DNA of 64,000 nt from a virus, in the IMG/VR virus record IMGVR_UViG_3300032251_000002, positions 1-64,000 of that record. The stretch is one strand, 5' to 3'. This document shows, piece after piece, positions 30,842 through 41,379 of this stretch (the stretch's first letter is position 1; each line of letters begins with the position of its first letter). The position numbers and the translations under genes were made by a program. Under the pieces are notes generated by a model, which did not search any database, was not told the origin of the DNA, and saw only the letters and a program-made list of their open reading frames with translations.

Positions 30842-31221
30842 TAAAAACTAATGATGGAAGACTATCTGTGAATATGGTAACATCAGCATCTTCAGTATTT
30901 ATATATGATAGAATTGAAGCTGGATATTTAGCTATTAAACATAGACGTATTAGAGAACTAGAAGGAAATTATATAAAGTACAATATGTTTAAAGATATTA
31001 TGGGTGAATCACCTATAGTTATTGAAAGTGATAATGTTCCTAGTTATGCTAAATCTAAACAATTAAAGGAATTATTAGGTAATAAAGAACTATCTCTTAA
31101 AGCTAAATACATGGAATATGAACTTAGAGTTAATGAATTTCAATTTGAAGATGACGATATAATATATAAAATACTAAATGAATATGAAAAACTAGAGTAT
31201 AATATGATAATGTCAATTTAA
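30838..31221 (+). CDS. hypothetical protein, paralog of 30428..30841
   Basis: same shared patterns. Confidence 0.7.
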   Translation: MIKTNDGRLSVNMVTSASSVFIYDRIEAGYLAIKHRRIRELEGNYIKYNMFKDIMGESPIVIESDNVPSYAKSKQLKELLGNKELSLKAKYMEYELRVNEFQFEDDDIIYKILNEYEKLEYNMIMSI

Positions 31222-31276
31222 TAAAAAATCCCCTAAACCAAATAGGCTTAGGGGATTATCTTTATTTTTTTTTTGA

Positions 31277-32869
31277 CTAGTATCCAGCAGTGTTAGGAAG
31301 TTTACCATCATTACCGAAGATAGTGATATCACCGATTAATGGAGTAAATTCTTCAATTGTGTGTCTCTTAGTCATCATGATACTTGGAACGTTAGGGAAG
31401 TTAGGGTCTCTATAACCTTTTTCCACGTTGTAAGTATATGGGTAATACTTGTAAGTCATTTGACGGTTTGTAGATGGGATGTAGAACATAACGATTTTAC
31501 CCATAGGTAATAAATCAGAAGCTACAGTCTCATATCTATTTGAACCACTGTAAGCACCAATGTTGAATGATACTTCTACTCCAGCTCTTTCATCAGTTGC
31601 ACCAGAGAATGTCCAGTTAACGTTAGAAATTAATTGCATATCAATTGGGTTTCCAAGTAATACGAATTTACCACCAGAGAAGTTAGTGTCAACCTTCATT
31701 TTAATTGCCATATGGTCAATTACAGTCTTTAACTCTTCTCTCCACTCTTTAGGTGAACCAGCGTAACCAGCAGATGGCTTAACGTTGAATTCATATCTAT
31801 AAGTAGATTGGTTCTTTTCAATTGACTCTACTAAGAAGTTATAGATTTCAATCTCTAACTTTTGAGCCATTGTAGCTGACATTAAGTCTACTACTTCTAA
31901 TGCACCATCAATATTGTAAACAGCCATTGTATCTTGTAACCATTCAATAGGAAGTGGAGCATTAATGTGAGAACCAGTTCCGATTGTAACGTCTCTAGTC
32001 TCAATATCGAATGAAATCGATTGTCCTTTGTTGTTCATTTCTTGAGTCAATCTACCATCAACAGTAACGTCTTTAATAGTTTGCTTAAGACAAGCAACAG
32101 TTAATTGACCTTTAGAGAAGTCAACTTTACCAAAGATTTGGTCAGTATGAACAGCACCTTCAGAATCCGTACCAGTAACGATACCGTAAAGGTTTTGATG
32201 GATATCAGCTTTGATGTCAACTTTAACAGCAACATCTTCAACAGTAGAACCATCAGCTAATGTAACAGCCATAGTAGCTGCAGATAATCTGAAGATTTTG
32301 TCTACAGAGTCGCCTAAAGCAACAGATGCAGATACAGGTGCAAGTAAATCAAATGGTCCATCTACCATATCAGCTAATACAACAGGTGTAGTATCTAATC
32401 TTGGTAATTCAGCTAAGTTATTGTCAAGCTTATTAATAGCTTTTGGTAACTCGTGCTTTGTTCCATCTGGGTCAATCATATAAGCTTTGCTATATGAAAT
32501 AGAGAATCTTGGCTGCTTTACTGGTTCAGTAGGAACAGCGTGACGTAAAGCTAATTTAGCCCACATCTTTCTAATAGTAGGCATAGATAAACCAGCAACT
32601 TGTTGTACTCCTGATACTGATGCCTCTCTTAACATGTGATGTCTAGCGTTCTCAAGGATTTGCTCCATTTGCTCAACTTCACTAGCGTCCATACCTTCGC
32701 ATAAACGAGTCTTGTAGTCTTCGAATAATTGTGCTTCTGAAATAATGTCTTCAAAACCAGCACCAGTCATTTGGATTCTTTGTCCTGCGAAAAACTCTTC
32801 AGTTTCTCTTAGCATTGTAGAAAATCCATCAGTTGATTCAGGTCTTTGTGAATTTCTGTATTCAATCAT
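31277..32869 (-). CDS. major capsid protein precursor
   Basis: 530 aa near protease; N-terminal propeptide ending MLREAS; EWLQD...NIDGA resembles the T4 gp23 ELAQDL region; late promoter at 32927..32938. Confidence 0.8.
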   Translation of the reverse strand: MIEYRNSQRPESTDGFSTMLRETEEFFAGQRIQMTGAGFEDIISEAQLFEDYKTRLCEGMDASEVEQMEQILENARHHMLREASVSGVQQVAGLSMPTIRKMWAKLALRHAVPTEPVKQPRFSISYSKAYMIDPDGTKHELPKAINKLDNNLAELPRLDTTPVVLADMVDGPFDLLAPVSASVALGDSVDKIFRLSAATMAVTLADGSTVEDVAVKVDIKADIHQNLYGIVTGTDSEGAVHTDQIFGKVDFSKGQLTVACLKQTIKDVTVDGRLTQEMNNKGQSISFDIETRDVTIGTGSHINAPLPIEWLQDTMAVYNIDGALEVVDLMSATMAQKLEIEIYNFLVESIEKNQSTYRYEFNVKPSAGYAGSPKEWREELKTVIDHMAIKMKVDTNFSGGKFVLLGNPIDMQLISNVNWTFSGATDERAGVEVSFNIGAYSGSNRYETVASDLLPMGKIVMFYIPSTNRQMTYKYYPYTYNVEKGYRDPNFPNVPSIMMTKRHTIEEFTPLIGDITIFGNDGKLPNTAGY

Positions 32870-32980
32870 GATTTTCGCTCCTTTAACTTAAAATTTTAGT
32901 TTTGTGTAATCACCAACAATATGATTTAATAAAATGTTATTTAGTTTACACAATTTACTTTATTATTTTTTTGTTCTCTG

Positions 32981-33568
32981 CTACTTGATGATTTTGTCTA
33001 AAATCTCAGCAGTAACTTTAACATTCGTTTTTAAGTATAAGTATATCGTAAGTAATTTCTTATACTCGAATGTTTCAAAAGAATTATACATGATAAACTC
33101 TAACTTTTTGATAGTTTCATCTAAAGTTGCATTTAACACTTCATAAGTCTTTTCTGCTGTATCTGAAACTTCCACATTAATATGAGATATACTGATTTTA
33201 GATTCCTTAGTAATTTCTAATAAATCTTTATAATCTTGTAATATCTTATATTTTTTAGTGTTTTCATCGTCATTACTTTCAACGGTTTCTTCTTCTTCAT
33301 CAGTGGTCTCTTCAGTTTCTTCGTCACCTTCTTCAGTAGAATCAGCATCCGTTTCATCAGCTCCAGAATCGTCATCAGTAGGTTCTTCTTCACCACCAGT
33401 AACGTCTTCTTCTGAATTATCAATTTGTTCTTCAGTTTCTTCTCCATCTGTTTCTTCTTCAGGTTCAGGCTCTTCAGTAGGCTCTTCAACTACTTCTTCC
33501 TCATCACCTTCAGCTTCACTAAATAATAGAAAATCATCATCATCAAAATCGAACGTTCCGTCAATCAT
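32981..33568 (-). CDS. highly acidic head-associated / scaffold-like protein
   Basis: E/D-rich central region; position between protease and capsid genes. Confidence 0.5.
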   Translation of the reverse strand: MIDGTFDFDDDDFLLFSEAEGDEEEVVEEPTEEPEPEEETDGEETEEQIDNSEEDVTGGEEEPTDDDSGADETDADSTEEGDEETEETTDEEEETVESNDDENTKKYKILQDYKDLLEITKESKISISHINVEVSDTAEKTYEVLNATLDETIKKLEFIMYNSFETFEYKKLLTIYLYLKTNVKVTAEILDKIIK

Positions 33569-33582
33569 AGTAATCCTCCTCT

Positions 33583-34068
33583 CTAAACACCACGCTCTTC
33601 AAGCTTTTTAATGTTTCTTTCAAGAGTGGATTTCATTTTAACTAACTTAAGTTTTTGTTCCTTGTTACCTTCTTTTTTAGCATCTTCAAGTTCTTCATCA
33701 ACTACTTTAAGTTGGTCTTCAAGATTATCTTTAAGTTTCTTTCTCTGTAAGTCATTAACTTCAGTTTTAAGAAATCTAAATACTAAAAATCCAATCCAAG
33801 CTGCCCATGCACCTGTTAAAGCTGCTCCAGCAGTAACTATAGTTAATTTTGTTAGTTCAAGTATAGAACTCTTTTCTTTAAGTAATTTGTCAGCATTAGG
33901 TTCTTTCTTTAATGATGATACCATATCCTTAAATTTCTTAAAGTTTGCTTTAGACGTTCTTTCAGCTTTAGCTTTACCGTCTGTTTTTTCAGCTTCACCT
34001 AACATCATAGTATTTTGACTAAGAAGGATTTGTTTAGCTGAGAATTTATCTTCTACCATTTTATACAT
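33583..34068 (-). CDS. probable virion protein with hydrophobic segment and coiled coil
   Basis: MLGEAE possible processing site; late promoter at 34086..34097. Confidence 0.5.
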   Translation of the reverse strand: MYKMVEDKFSAKQILLSQNTMMLGEAEKTDGKAKAERTSKANFKKFKDMVSSLKKEPNADKLLKEKSSILELTKLTIVTAGAALTGAWAAWIGFLVFRFLKTEVNDLQRKKLKDNLEDQLKVVDEELEDAKKEGNKEQKLKLVKMKSTLERNIKKLEERGV

Positions 34069-34085
34069 CCTTTCTATAAAGTATT

Positions 34086-34119
34086 TAATAAAATGTTAAA
34101 ATAATCTAACATTTTATTA
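34086..34119. promoter_or_regulatory. divergent pair of identical late promoters
   Basis: AACATTTTATTA on minus (34086..34097) and plus (34108..34119) strands. Confidence 0.7.
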
Positions 34120-34140
34120 AATTATTAAAGTGAAAGGAAG

Positions 34141-34977
34141 ATGACTATGAATAAAAATAATGTAAAAGCTTACCTAATCACTGAGTCTACTGTTACAGCT
34201 AAACCAACTATCATTTCAGATAGTAAAAGTGATACGACTATTATAGAAACTATACTTCAAGAAGGTGATGTACCTAATCGAAATAAAAGAATATATCCAA
34301 CGTCTGTATTGAAAGCTGCAATGGATTCTGATTATGTAAAAGAAAGACTTAAAACTAAATCATGGTATGGTGAAGCTGGTCACCCACTTAAGCCAGACCT
34401 AGATAGACAGTTGTATATAGACCAAAGTAAGATTTCTCATATAATATCGGAAATTAGCTTTGATAAGAATATACTTAAAGGTACTGTTGAATGTGCTAAG
34501 ACTTCTGCAGGAAAAGATATGCAAGGTTTAATTCGTCAAGGTAGTGAAGTAGCATTTAGTATGAGAGGGATGGGTCCGATTTCTGAGAAGAAAGGTGATA
34601 TTCTTCGTATTAAAGCTCCACTTCATGTATTAACTTATGACTGGGTTATACATCCATCTCATAAAATTGCATACATGCAAAATGTACTTCAAGAATCAAC
34701 TATGGGTATGTTACTTCCAGAAGGTTATGATGAAAGAGTATTAACTGAAGGTGTTATTACACCTGTACTTGAGAGTCAAATTAAAGACTATATTATGGAA
34801 GAAAGTGCTAATGTTAAGCAACTTGTAGGTCAATTTGAAATTGATAAACATGCAATAATTACTCTTGATGAAAGTAGACAAACGCTTAACATTCGTCAAA
34901 ATGGTGAAATTCTTAAAGTATATATTGAAGATTATGTTAAAAATGAAATTGATGATGTAATCCTTAGAATGTTTTAA
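34141..34977 (+). CDS. prohead protease (T4 gp21-like)
   Basis: PNRNKRIYP, GEAGHP, SHII, FSMRGMG, YDWVIHPSH. Confidence 0.88.
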   Translation: MTMNKNNVKAYLITESTVTAKPTIISDSKSDTTIIETILQEGDVPNRNKRIYPTSVLKAAMDSDYVKERLKTKSWYGEAGHPLKPDLDRQLYIDQSKISHIISEISFDKNILKGTVECAKTSAGKDMQGLIRQGSEVAFSMRGMGPISEKKGDILRIKAPLHVLTYDWVIHPSHKIAYMQNVLQESTMGMLLPEGYDERVLTEGVITPVLESQIKDYIMEESANVKQLVGQFEIDKHAIITLDESRQTLNIRQNGEILKVYIEDYVKNEIDDVILRMF

Positions 34978-34997
34978 AAAAAAGGAGGTAACTAAGT

Positions 34998-35693
34998 ATG
35001 GCTTTAAATCCATCTAAAGTACTCAAACATATAGAATTAATGCTTGGTGCTACTCATCAGATTTTAGAATTTGATGCAGATGATATAATGAATATCATAT
35101 TTGAAAAGAGCTTACCTACCTTCAGTATATATTATCCTTATTTTTGTGAACATACTGTAAAGTATAAAGAATGTGAAGTTAAAAACAGAGCAGGTAGATA
35201 TTATCTTAAGACTAACCTTGAAATAATAGGTGTGTCTAAGTTACTTACCAATAATGCTTATAATGTAAGTGGTAGTCACATTGCTGGTTTATTATCTGGA
35301 GACCCTGTTACAAGACAGATTGAAGCAGATATGGCATCAATGTACTATCAACCTACTACATTTGAATTCCATGCACCTAATATGATAGAAATATTTCCTA
35401 AGAGTAGTTGGTATGCAGACTTCTTTGTTGAATTGAAGTGTGTTCATCCTAATCATATGATGACTATACCTGTAGCACTTAGAGATGAATTCTTAGATTT
35501 ATGTTTATATGATGTTAGAATGGCTCTGTATCCAATCAGACACAGATATCAAAACATAAATACAACATTTGGGAGCATAGAAATGTTTATGGAGAAATTA
35601 GATAGTGCTGAAGAAGACCGTAAAGAATTGATTTCTCGTTGGAGAGAAAATTTCTTTAAAAGTTCTAAGCGTAGAAAGATATTTGTATACTAA
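34998..35693 (+). CDS. probable neck / head-completion protein
   Basis: follows protease; HIELMLGA...LE pattern reminiscent of T4 gp13-like proteins. Confidence 0.45.
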   Translation: MALNPSKVLKHIELMLGATHQILEFDADDIMNIIFEKSLPTFSIYYPYFCEHTVKYKECEVKNRAGRYYLKTNLEIIGVSKLLTNNAYNVSGSHIAGLLSGDPVTRQIEADMASMYYQPTTFEFHAPNMIEIFPKSSWYADFFVELKCVHPNHMMTIPVALRDEFLDLCLYDVRMALYPIRHRYQNINTTFGSIEMFMEKLDSAEEDRKELISRWRENFFKSSKRRKIFVY

Positions 35694-35735
35694 AAAAAAA
35701 AGAAGATAATCTTAATTGATTATCTTCTTTATATT

Positions 35736-36284
35736 TTATTCTGCATTAAAGTTAATCAAGTTTTGAAGTTCTCTACTATATTTAATAGCACTATTATTAA
35801 CTCTATCTTGTCTTTTAGTGTACTCTTTTTTAATTTCATTCTCGATAAGTATTTTTATCTTATCAAAATTATTAACAATATAAATTATTGCCTTGTTATC
35901 AAGATTTTTATAAAGGTTATCTCCATAACCTGTTTTAGTAGTTGGTGAAACATGAGCAGTTAAAGGCATATATGCTTCATAATTACTTCTTTGGGTATCA
36001 TGGAAAGTTATGTGACCACCTCTTTCAACAAATGCTCTTAAGTGTATTTCATACTTCTTATCATTAAAAGAACTTGTAGGATGTGGGTCAACCCATTTTA
36101 CCCATAAGAAGAAATCTTCTGTAAGTAAGGCTTGTATACTTTTAAAGTATTTGTAAATGTTTTCTTTGGCAGCTATGAGTTCTTTATCAACATTAATCTT
36201 ATTAGCTTTAACTATACTTGAGAACTTGTCTTCAGTACTTGTTAGTAATTCTTTAATTTCATTAATACATTCATGATTATTCAT
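35736..36284 (-). CDS. hypothetical protein
   Basis: ORF with RBS. Confidence 0.65.
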   Translation of the reverse strand: MNNHECINEIKELLTSTEDKFSSIVKANKINVDKELIAAKENIYKYFKSIQALLTEDFFLWVKWVDPHPTSSFNDKKYEIHLRAFVERGGHITFHDTQRSNYEAYMPLTAHVSPTTKTGYGDNLYKNLDNKAIIYIVNNFDKIKILIENEIKKEYTKRQDRVNNSAIKYSRELQNLINFNAE

Positions 36285-36339
36285 GATACCTCCTAAAAAG
36301 TAAAGACTATACTAAATTAATAGTATAGTCTTAGTTATA

Positions 36340-36702
36340 TTATTTTTCGTTTAATACTTCTTGATAAGTTTTAGTTTCAAACTCGTAATGATATTCAATA
36401 TATTTATCCCATGTAGAAGCACTTTTAACACGAATAACTTTAGCATCTCCACCTAATGAAACAGAATCACCGTTAGCATCAGTAAATATCCATCCATCAG
36501 AACCAGAAGCAGAGTCTACAAATGTATCTTTAATTTTCCATACATCTTGAATTATACCACCAGATGAATTAATAATTACATAATCACCTTTTTTAGCAAA
36601 TAAACCACCTTGATTATCCATCTTATTTCCAAATCTTGCACAACCTGTCATAGATGATAAAGCTACAACTACAATTAACATTAATAATAATACTTTCTTC
36701 AT
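36340..36702 (-). CDS. putative lipoprotein
   Basis: MKK, hydrophobic stretch and lipobox MTGC. Confidence 0.7.
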   Translation of the reverse strand: MKKVLLLMLIVVVALSSMTGCARFGNKMDNQGGLFAKKGDYVIINSSGGIIQDVWKIKDTFVDSASGSDGWIFTDANGDSVSLGGDAKVIRVKSASTWDKYIEYHYEFETKTYQEVLNEK

Positions 36703-36715
36703 AATTTTCTCTCCT

Positions 36716-37120
36716 TTAATCTAAGAACATTCCTTTTAGTTTAGTAGAATTATTATATTCTATTAATACTTCTACATCATATCTTTCAACTTTAGCTCTA
36801 CTTACAATATCTTTCAATATTTTAATAGATTCTTTTTCACCATTTTTAGTATGATGTCTGTTTGATTCATACTCATAAACATTATTAATGCTATCAAGTA
36901 CAGGTTTATCTTCACAATACCAATAACGTCCTTCATCAATTCTATACTCTACCCAATAAGTAAAGTTAAGTTTTTCCATTTTAATAACTTCTCTAGAAAA
37001 TAATCCAAAGAAGAATTTTTTAATTCTTCTAACTGGATGATATGTTGAAGTTGTTATTTGATTATGTTCATCAATCTCGCTACTTACTGTGAATTTGACC
37101 TTATACAGTATCTTTTTCAT
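36716..37120 (-). CDS. hypothetical protein
   Basis: ORF with RBS. Confidence 0.6.
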   Translation of the reverse strand: MKKILYKVKFTVSSEIDEHNQITTSTYHPVRRIKKFFFGLFSREVIKMEKLNFTYWVEYRIDEGRYWYCEDKPVLDSINNVYEYESNRHHTKNGEKESIKILKDIVSRAKVERYDVEVLIEYNNSTKLKGMFLD

Positions 37121-38567
37121 TTGAATCCTCCTCAGAGTGTCCTGTGAAGTAGAACTTATCAGTTTTAATGAATGGTGTAAATGTTCCAGTCATTCCTGGG
37201 TCTCCTGAACTTGATGTAGTTAATCCAATTCTACCCACATAACTTGGATGTAAACCCATATATCTAACACTAATAGATTTTCCTCCTTCACTCATTGATT
37301 GAGGACCACGCTGTGAGAACTTCAATCCTGAAGTGAATAAATCAATCCCATTAACACTATTGTTATATCTCAATAGCTCATTTTGCTTAAGCTTCTTTAT
37401 AACAAATCCTGGTCCAAGTGTACTGAATAATTGTTTCTTTTGATTAAATGTTACTTGTGGCTTATTCAGTAATCTATAAGTTATAGTACTGAACTTGATT
37501 AATAATGGATGTAATAAATACTCATTAACACGAATTCTTTTGTTGGCTAAATCCATGTTATCTTTAGTAATAAGATAATCATACTCAGTCATCATCCATC
37601 TGATAATTGTATAGATACTTTCTTTGTGACTATCATCAATTCTTAAAATCTTCTTAGTACGGTCATCAAGAATTCTTTCAAATGATATGATAATCTTTTT
37701 AGCTTTGTCAATTTGAGAGTTAGGATTCTTGGTAAATATCATACCTAATTTCTTTTCCCATTGTTCTCTTACAACAATTTTAGCTACTGTACTTCTTAGA
37801 TTCATCATTTCACAAATCATCATTACAAATCTTTTACCAAATGAATCTTCCATTACTTCATCTCTAGCATAAACAGCTAAGTTTTTATTGATTTTAAAGA
37901 ATATGTAATCTTCATTATCACTATCATCAAAATCAATATCGTTTGCATCAACAATTCCAACTGAATGGTCATCATATCCAAACATTTCTACAGTTTTATC
38001 AAATCCAAATTTTGCAAAGTAATAATGTAATACATTAATCTTATTCTTGAATAAATCAATTATAAATAGATTATCTGTATATTCATTACCATTTACATCT
38101 TCCAATGTTACTTCGTGAGTTCTAAGTACAATTGGCATTAAAAGTGTCTTCAATGTCAATGACTTAGGTGTCTTGTAAGTAGCTAAATCGATTATTTGAT
38201 AAATTGGATAACTCTTATTACCATCTAAAACATAATAAAAATCATTAATAAGTTTAGGGAACAAGATACTTCGTTCAATTAGTTCATCATTACCATCATC
38301 ATCTTTGATACTAAATCTAATAGTAATGTTATCAAGGCGAGATTCCTCTAAACTAATCCATTTTTCACCTTCCTTACCTCTTGTGTTTAATTTAGACTCA
38401 TCAGTCTCTAGCTCAGCTCCAAGAAACTTAACACCATCAATTACTTCTAGTGCCTTACAAATATCCTTCATATACTCAAGAACATTGTCATTTCGTTTCA
38501 TGTAGATGAACTCTTCATTAAACTTCTCTGGATTATTCTCTCCATACTGCTTAAGAAAGTTATACAT
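37101..38567 (-). CDS. RNAP beta-like N-terminal subunit (probably non-virion RNAP)
   Basis: YVLDGNK, DNMDLANKRIR, LHPSYVGRI...SSGDPG (beta region D); early-type promoter at 38610..38625. Confidence 0.85.
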   Translation of the reverse strand: MYNFLKQYGENNPEKFNEEFIYMKRNDNVLEYMKDICKALEVIDGVKFLGAELETDESKLNTRGKEGEKWISLEESRLDNITIRFSIKDDDGNDELIERSILFPKLINDFYYVLDGNKSYPIYQIIDLATYKTPKSLTLKTLLMPIVLRTHEVTLEDVNGNEYTDNLFIIDLFKNKINVLHYYFAKFGFDKTVEMFGYDDHSVGIVDANDIDFDDSDNEDYIFFKINKNLAVYARDEVMEDSFGKRFVMMICEMMNLRSTVAKIVVREQWEKKLGMIFTKNPNSQIDKAKKIIISFERILDDRTKKILRIDDSHKESIYTIIRWMMTEYDYLITKDNMDLANKRIRVNEYLLHPLLIKFSTITYRLLNKPQVTFNQKKQLFSTLGPGFVIKKLKQNELLRYNNSVNGIDLFTSGLKFSQRGPQSMSEGGKSISVRYMGLHPSYVGRIGLTTSSSGDPGMTGTFTPFIKTDKFYFTGHSEEDSNEKDTV

Positions 38568-38609
38568 GTTTTTCCTCCAATCATTTTTATATAATATAAT
38601 CTTATCATG

Positions 38610-38625
38610 GTAATAATATATGTTT
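38610..38625 (-). promoter_or_regulatory. early-type promoter
   Basis: AAACATATATTATTAC on the minus strand. Confidence 0.65.
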
Positions 38626-38839
38626 AAATATATTTTTATAGATTCAAATCACTAACAATTATATAATTCGCACTTGATACCTAAAATTCTTTCTTACAAG
38701 AATAAAAAGTTCAATTTTTGGTATAACATTTGCGAACAATATTATATATAAATTTAATATATTATATTGAGCGATTCAATAATAAAGTGTTAATTTATAA
38801 TTTAAACTAAAAAAAAATAATTAAAGGAGTGTAATACTT

Positions 38840-39148
38840 ATGACTAAAACAGATGTATCTAATGCATTAGCTGTAAAGCTTGAAGTTACGAAAAAAGATG
38901 CTAAAGTAATTCTTGATGGTGTTCTTGAAGTAATTACTGAAGGTCTTGTAAATGAGAAGGAAGTTCAACTTACAGGTTTCGGTACTTTCTTATCTAGAGA
39001 AATGAAAGGTAGAGAGGGAAGAAATCCTCGTAAACCAGATGAAGTTGTTGATATAGAAGCTAGAGAACAAGCTTTCTTTAGAGCTGGTCGTCATCTTAAA
39101 GATGCTATCAACCCTAACTCTAAGAAAAAGAAAAAAGGTAAGAAGTAA
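38840..39148 (+). CDS. hup: HU family DNA-binding protein
   Basis: VQLTGFGTF, REGRNP, FRAGRHLKDAIN. Confidence 0.92.
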   Translation: MTKTDVSNALAVKLEVTKKDAKVILDGVLEVITEGLVNEKEVQLTGFGTFLSREMKGREGRNPRKPDEVVDIEAREQAFFRAGRHLKDAINPNSKKKKKGKK

Positions 39149-39160
39149 TCCTTAATAAAT

Positions 39161-39191
39161 AAACGCTATAACCTAAATGGGTTATAGCGTT
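39161..39191. terminator. bidirectional terminator
   Basis: AACGCTATAACC/GGTTATAGCGTT. Confidence 0.75.
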
Positions 39192-39199
39192 CTTTTATA

Positions 39200-39859
39200 T
39201 TAATAAGCATTATTGAAGTATTCTGGATATACTGTATTTAATAGAGTAATCTCCTCTTCAGTACATGGTCTTCCATCTGCGATAGATACCATCTCATTAG
39301 AAAAGTACTTATTAATAACAAAACAGTTCCATACATGTTGTCCATATTCATTTTTGTCAACACAGCATAGATAATGACCTTCTTTACCTTCTAAACAACC
39401 TAAGTCAGTGTGGTCAGCAGTATTGTCATAATGGGTAATCTCTTTTGAATCATTATCATATATAACCCAAATCTTGTAACCTTTAATAGAGTATACTTTA
39501 CTACTATCATCATTAGGGTCAGTAAATACTTCTGTAACTTTACCACCTTGGTTTTCATCAATCTTTTCGAATAACATAATGTTATCTCTAGTCATGGGAA
39601 TAATATCACCTTGGTTCTCATAAGATAAATTATTAACAACTTCTGGGTTCTTAAGATTAGATTGTAATTGACTCATTTCAGAATCAGTTAAACCAATCTT
39701 TTCTTGTACATTTTTAATTAGTGCCTTACCACCTACATTATTACCTTTTTTCTTTGCTTTTTCATTTTGTCTTTCAGCAGCTCTTCTTTGCTTTCTGTTC
39801 AACAACTTTGGATGTGAATCTAGTCTGTCAATCTTTGCAGTTTCTCTACTTGTATCCAT
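39200..39859 (-). CDS. hypothetical protein
   Basis: basic N-terminus LNRKQRRA; ORF with RBS. Confidence 0.65.
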   Translation of the reverse strand: MDTSRETAKIDRLDSHPKLLNRKQRRAAERQNEKAKKKGNNVGGKALIKNVQEKIGLTDSEMSQLQSNLKNPEVVNNLSYENQGDIIPMTRDNIMLFEKIDENQGGKVTEVFTDPNDDSSKVYSIKGYKIWVIYDNDSKEITHYDNTADHTDLGCLEGKEGHYLCCVDKNEYGQHVWNCFVINKYFSNEMVSIADGRPCTEEEITLLNTVYPEYFNNAY

Positions 39860-39873
39860 TTATCATATTCCTC

Positions 39874-40305
39874 CTATATAATTCCTTTTTCACTAAGGAA
39901 ATCTCTAAAACCTTTAACTATTTCTTCTTCATTAGCTATAAGCTTACCATCATAATAAATGTCTGCATTATCTTTAAATTCTAGAATTATTCTACCATTT
40001 TTAGAACTAACTAATGAGAATATAGTATTTACTTCCATAGCTTTTCTTGACTTGTGTGCAGCTAACAATTGCTTATGTATATTATTTAATGCAATTAACT
40101 TAACAGCTGGCAATATTACACTTGAATCCTCTCTCTTCATACCACATGCATGACCAACTATTTCAGTACCAGTTGATTCATGTGTAGCTAAACATATTGT
40201 AGTTCTCAATCCAATATTCATGTAAGTGACTTTAGTGATTTCAAAATCCTTACACAAAATATTCTCTACGTTTTGTAAAACGTTTTCTATTTCTTGATTA
40301 TCCAT
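39874..40305 (-). CDS. phage gp49/gp66-like protein (possible Acb4-type sponge)
   Basis: TTICLAT..TG.EIVGHA...IALNN resembles the family pattern TxCxLxxxNGFxxxGxSA; divergent. Confidence 0.35.
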   Translation of the reverse strand: MDNQEIENVLQNVENILCKDFEITKVTYMNIGLRTTICLATHESTGTEIVGHACGMKREDSSVILPAVKLIALNNIHKQLLAAHKSRKAMEVNTIFSLVSSKNGRIILEFKDNADIYYDGKLIANEEEIVKGFRDFLSEKGII

Positions 40306-40399
40306 TCATACCTCCAATATTCTACATTATATTATATTGTTAGACATATAATTAAAAACAAAAAAAAAAGAATAACCCTTGACAGGTTATTCTTAATAT

Positions 40400-41047
40400 T
40401 TATTTCACTGTTATTGAAACACTTAAATCAATCTTAACATTTTTGTTATCTGAATTACATTTAGTATGGTGAGCATCAATAATTTGACGATTGATTTCAT
40501 CAACTACATCTTGTGTAGGAACAATAACTTTATTTGAAATCTTAATAAGTATATCCTCTGTTTTGAATAAATCATAAGATTCAAAAGGTTGTTGATAATC
40601 AGCGTTTCTATGGTCACACCCTACAGCTTCACAATCTTCACACTTAGGAGACCCATCAGGATTTCTTGGCTCGTCATCATCTTCATCAATTTCATTATAT
40701 TCTGGATAATATTTAGTTTTTAATGATTTAACAAATTCTGAAACCTTAATAATTCTTTCATGGTCTCCTTGATAATTGTTGTCAAATGCACCTAAATCTA
40801 AAGCTTTTCTTAAATCTAAATTATCAATAATTTTAAATTCAACTGTACTATAATCTATGTTTAAAGTTCTAAGAATATCATGAGACATTATAACTTTCTT
40901 AAGTTTATGAAGTAAAGCTGCTTCAGTAACCTTAAATTTATAATGACTTGTAAATTTTAATGGAATTCCAGACTTTACCACAGTATCATCAATTAATATA
41001 TCCATCATTGTAATAAATCCTCTAACTATTTTCATTCCTTTTTTCAT
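40400..41047 (-). CDS. hypothetical protein with a small Cys/His cluster
   Basis: CEDCEAVGCDH. Confidence 0.6.
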   Translation of the reverse strand: MKKGMKIVRGFITMMDILIDDTVVKSGIPLKFTSHYKFKVTEAALLHKLKKVIMSHDILRTLNIDYSTVEFKIIDNLDLRKALDLGAFDNNYQGDHERIIKVSEFVKSLKTKYYPEYNEIDEDDDEPRNPDGSPKCEDCEAVGCDHRNADYQQPFESYDLFKTEDILIKISNKVIVPTQDVVDEINRQIIDAHHTKCNSDNKNVKIDLSVSITVK

Positions 41048-41051
41048 TTAA

Positions 41052-41366
41052 CTACCCCCAATTCGGTTTCTTTCTATTGTCTAATACTAATTGATTAGAC
41101 ATCATCATTTGTCTTAAATTAACATTAATATGTTGTGTAACTCTAACATCATAATATTCTTCTACAATGTTTAAGTCCTTATCAAATATAACTGATGCTT
41201 CTCTCTCAGTTATTAATGCACAACCAGAAAACCATTTACCATCACCTTCAATTTTATAAGATACCATTTGAATATCATGAACCTTATCTAACTTTAAAGC
41301 ATTAGTAATTTGGTCTCTAATATCTTTACTCACTTCACTAGCATTTAACTCTGTTAATTTCTTCAT
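41052..41366 (-). CDS. hypothetical protein
   Basis: ORF with RBS. Confidence 0.6.
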   Translation of the reverse strand: MKKLTELNASEVSKDIRDQITNALKLDKVHDIQMVSYKIEGDGKWFSGCALITEREASVIFDKDLNIVEEYYDVRVTQHINVNLRQMMMSNQLVLDNRKKPNWG

Positions 41367-41379
41367 TTAACTACCTCCA

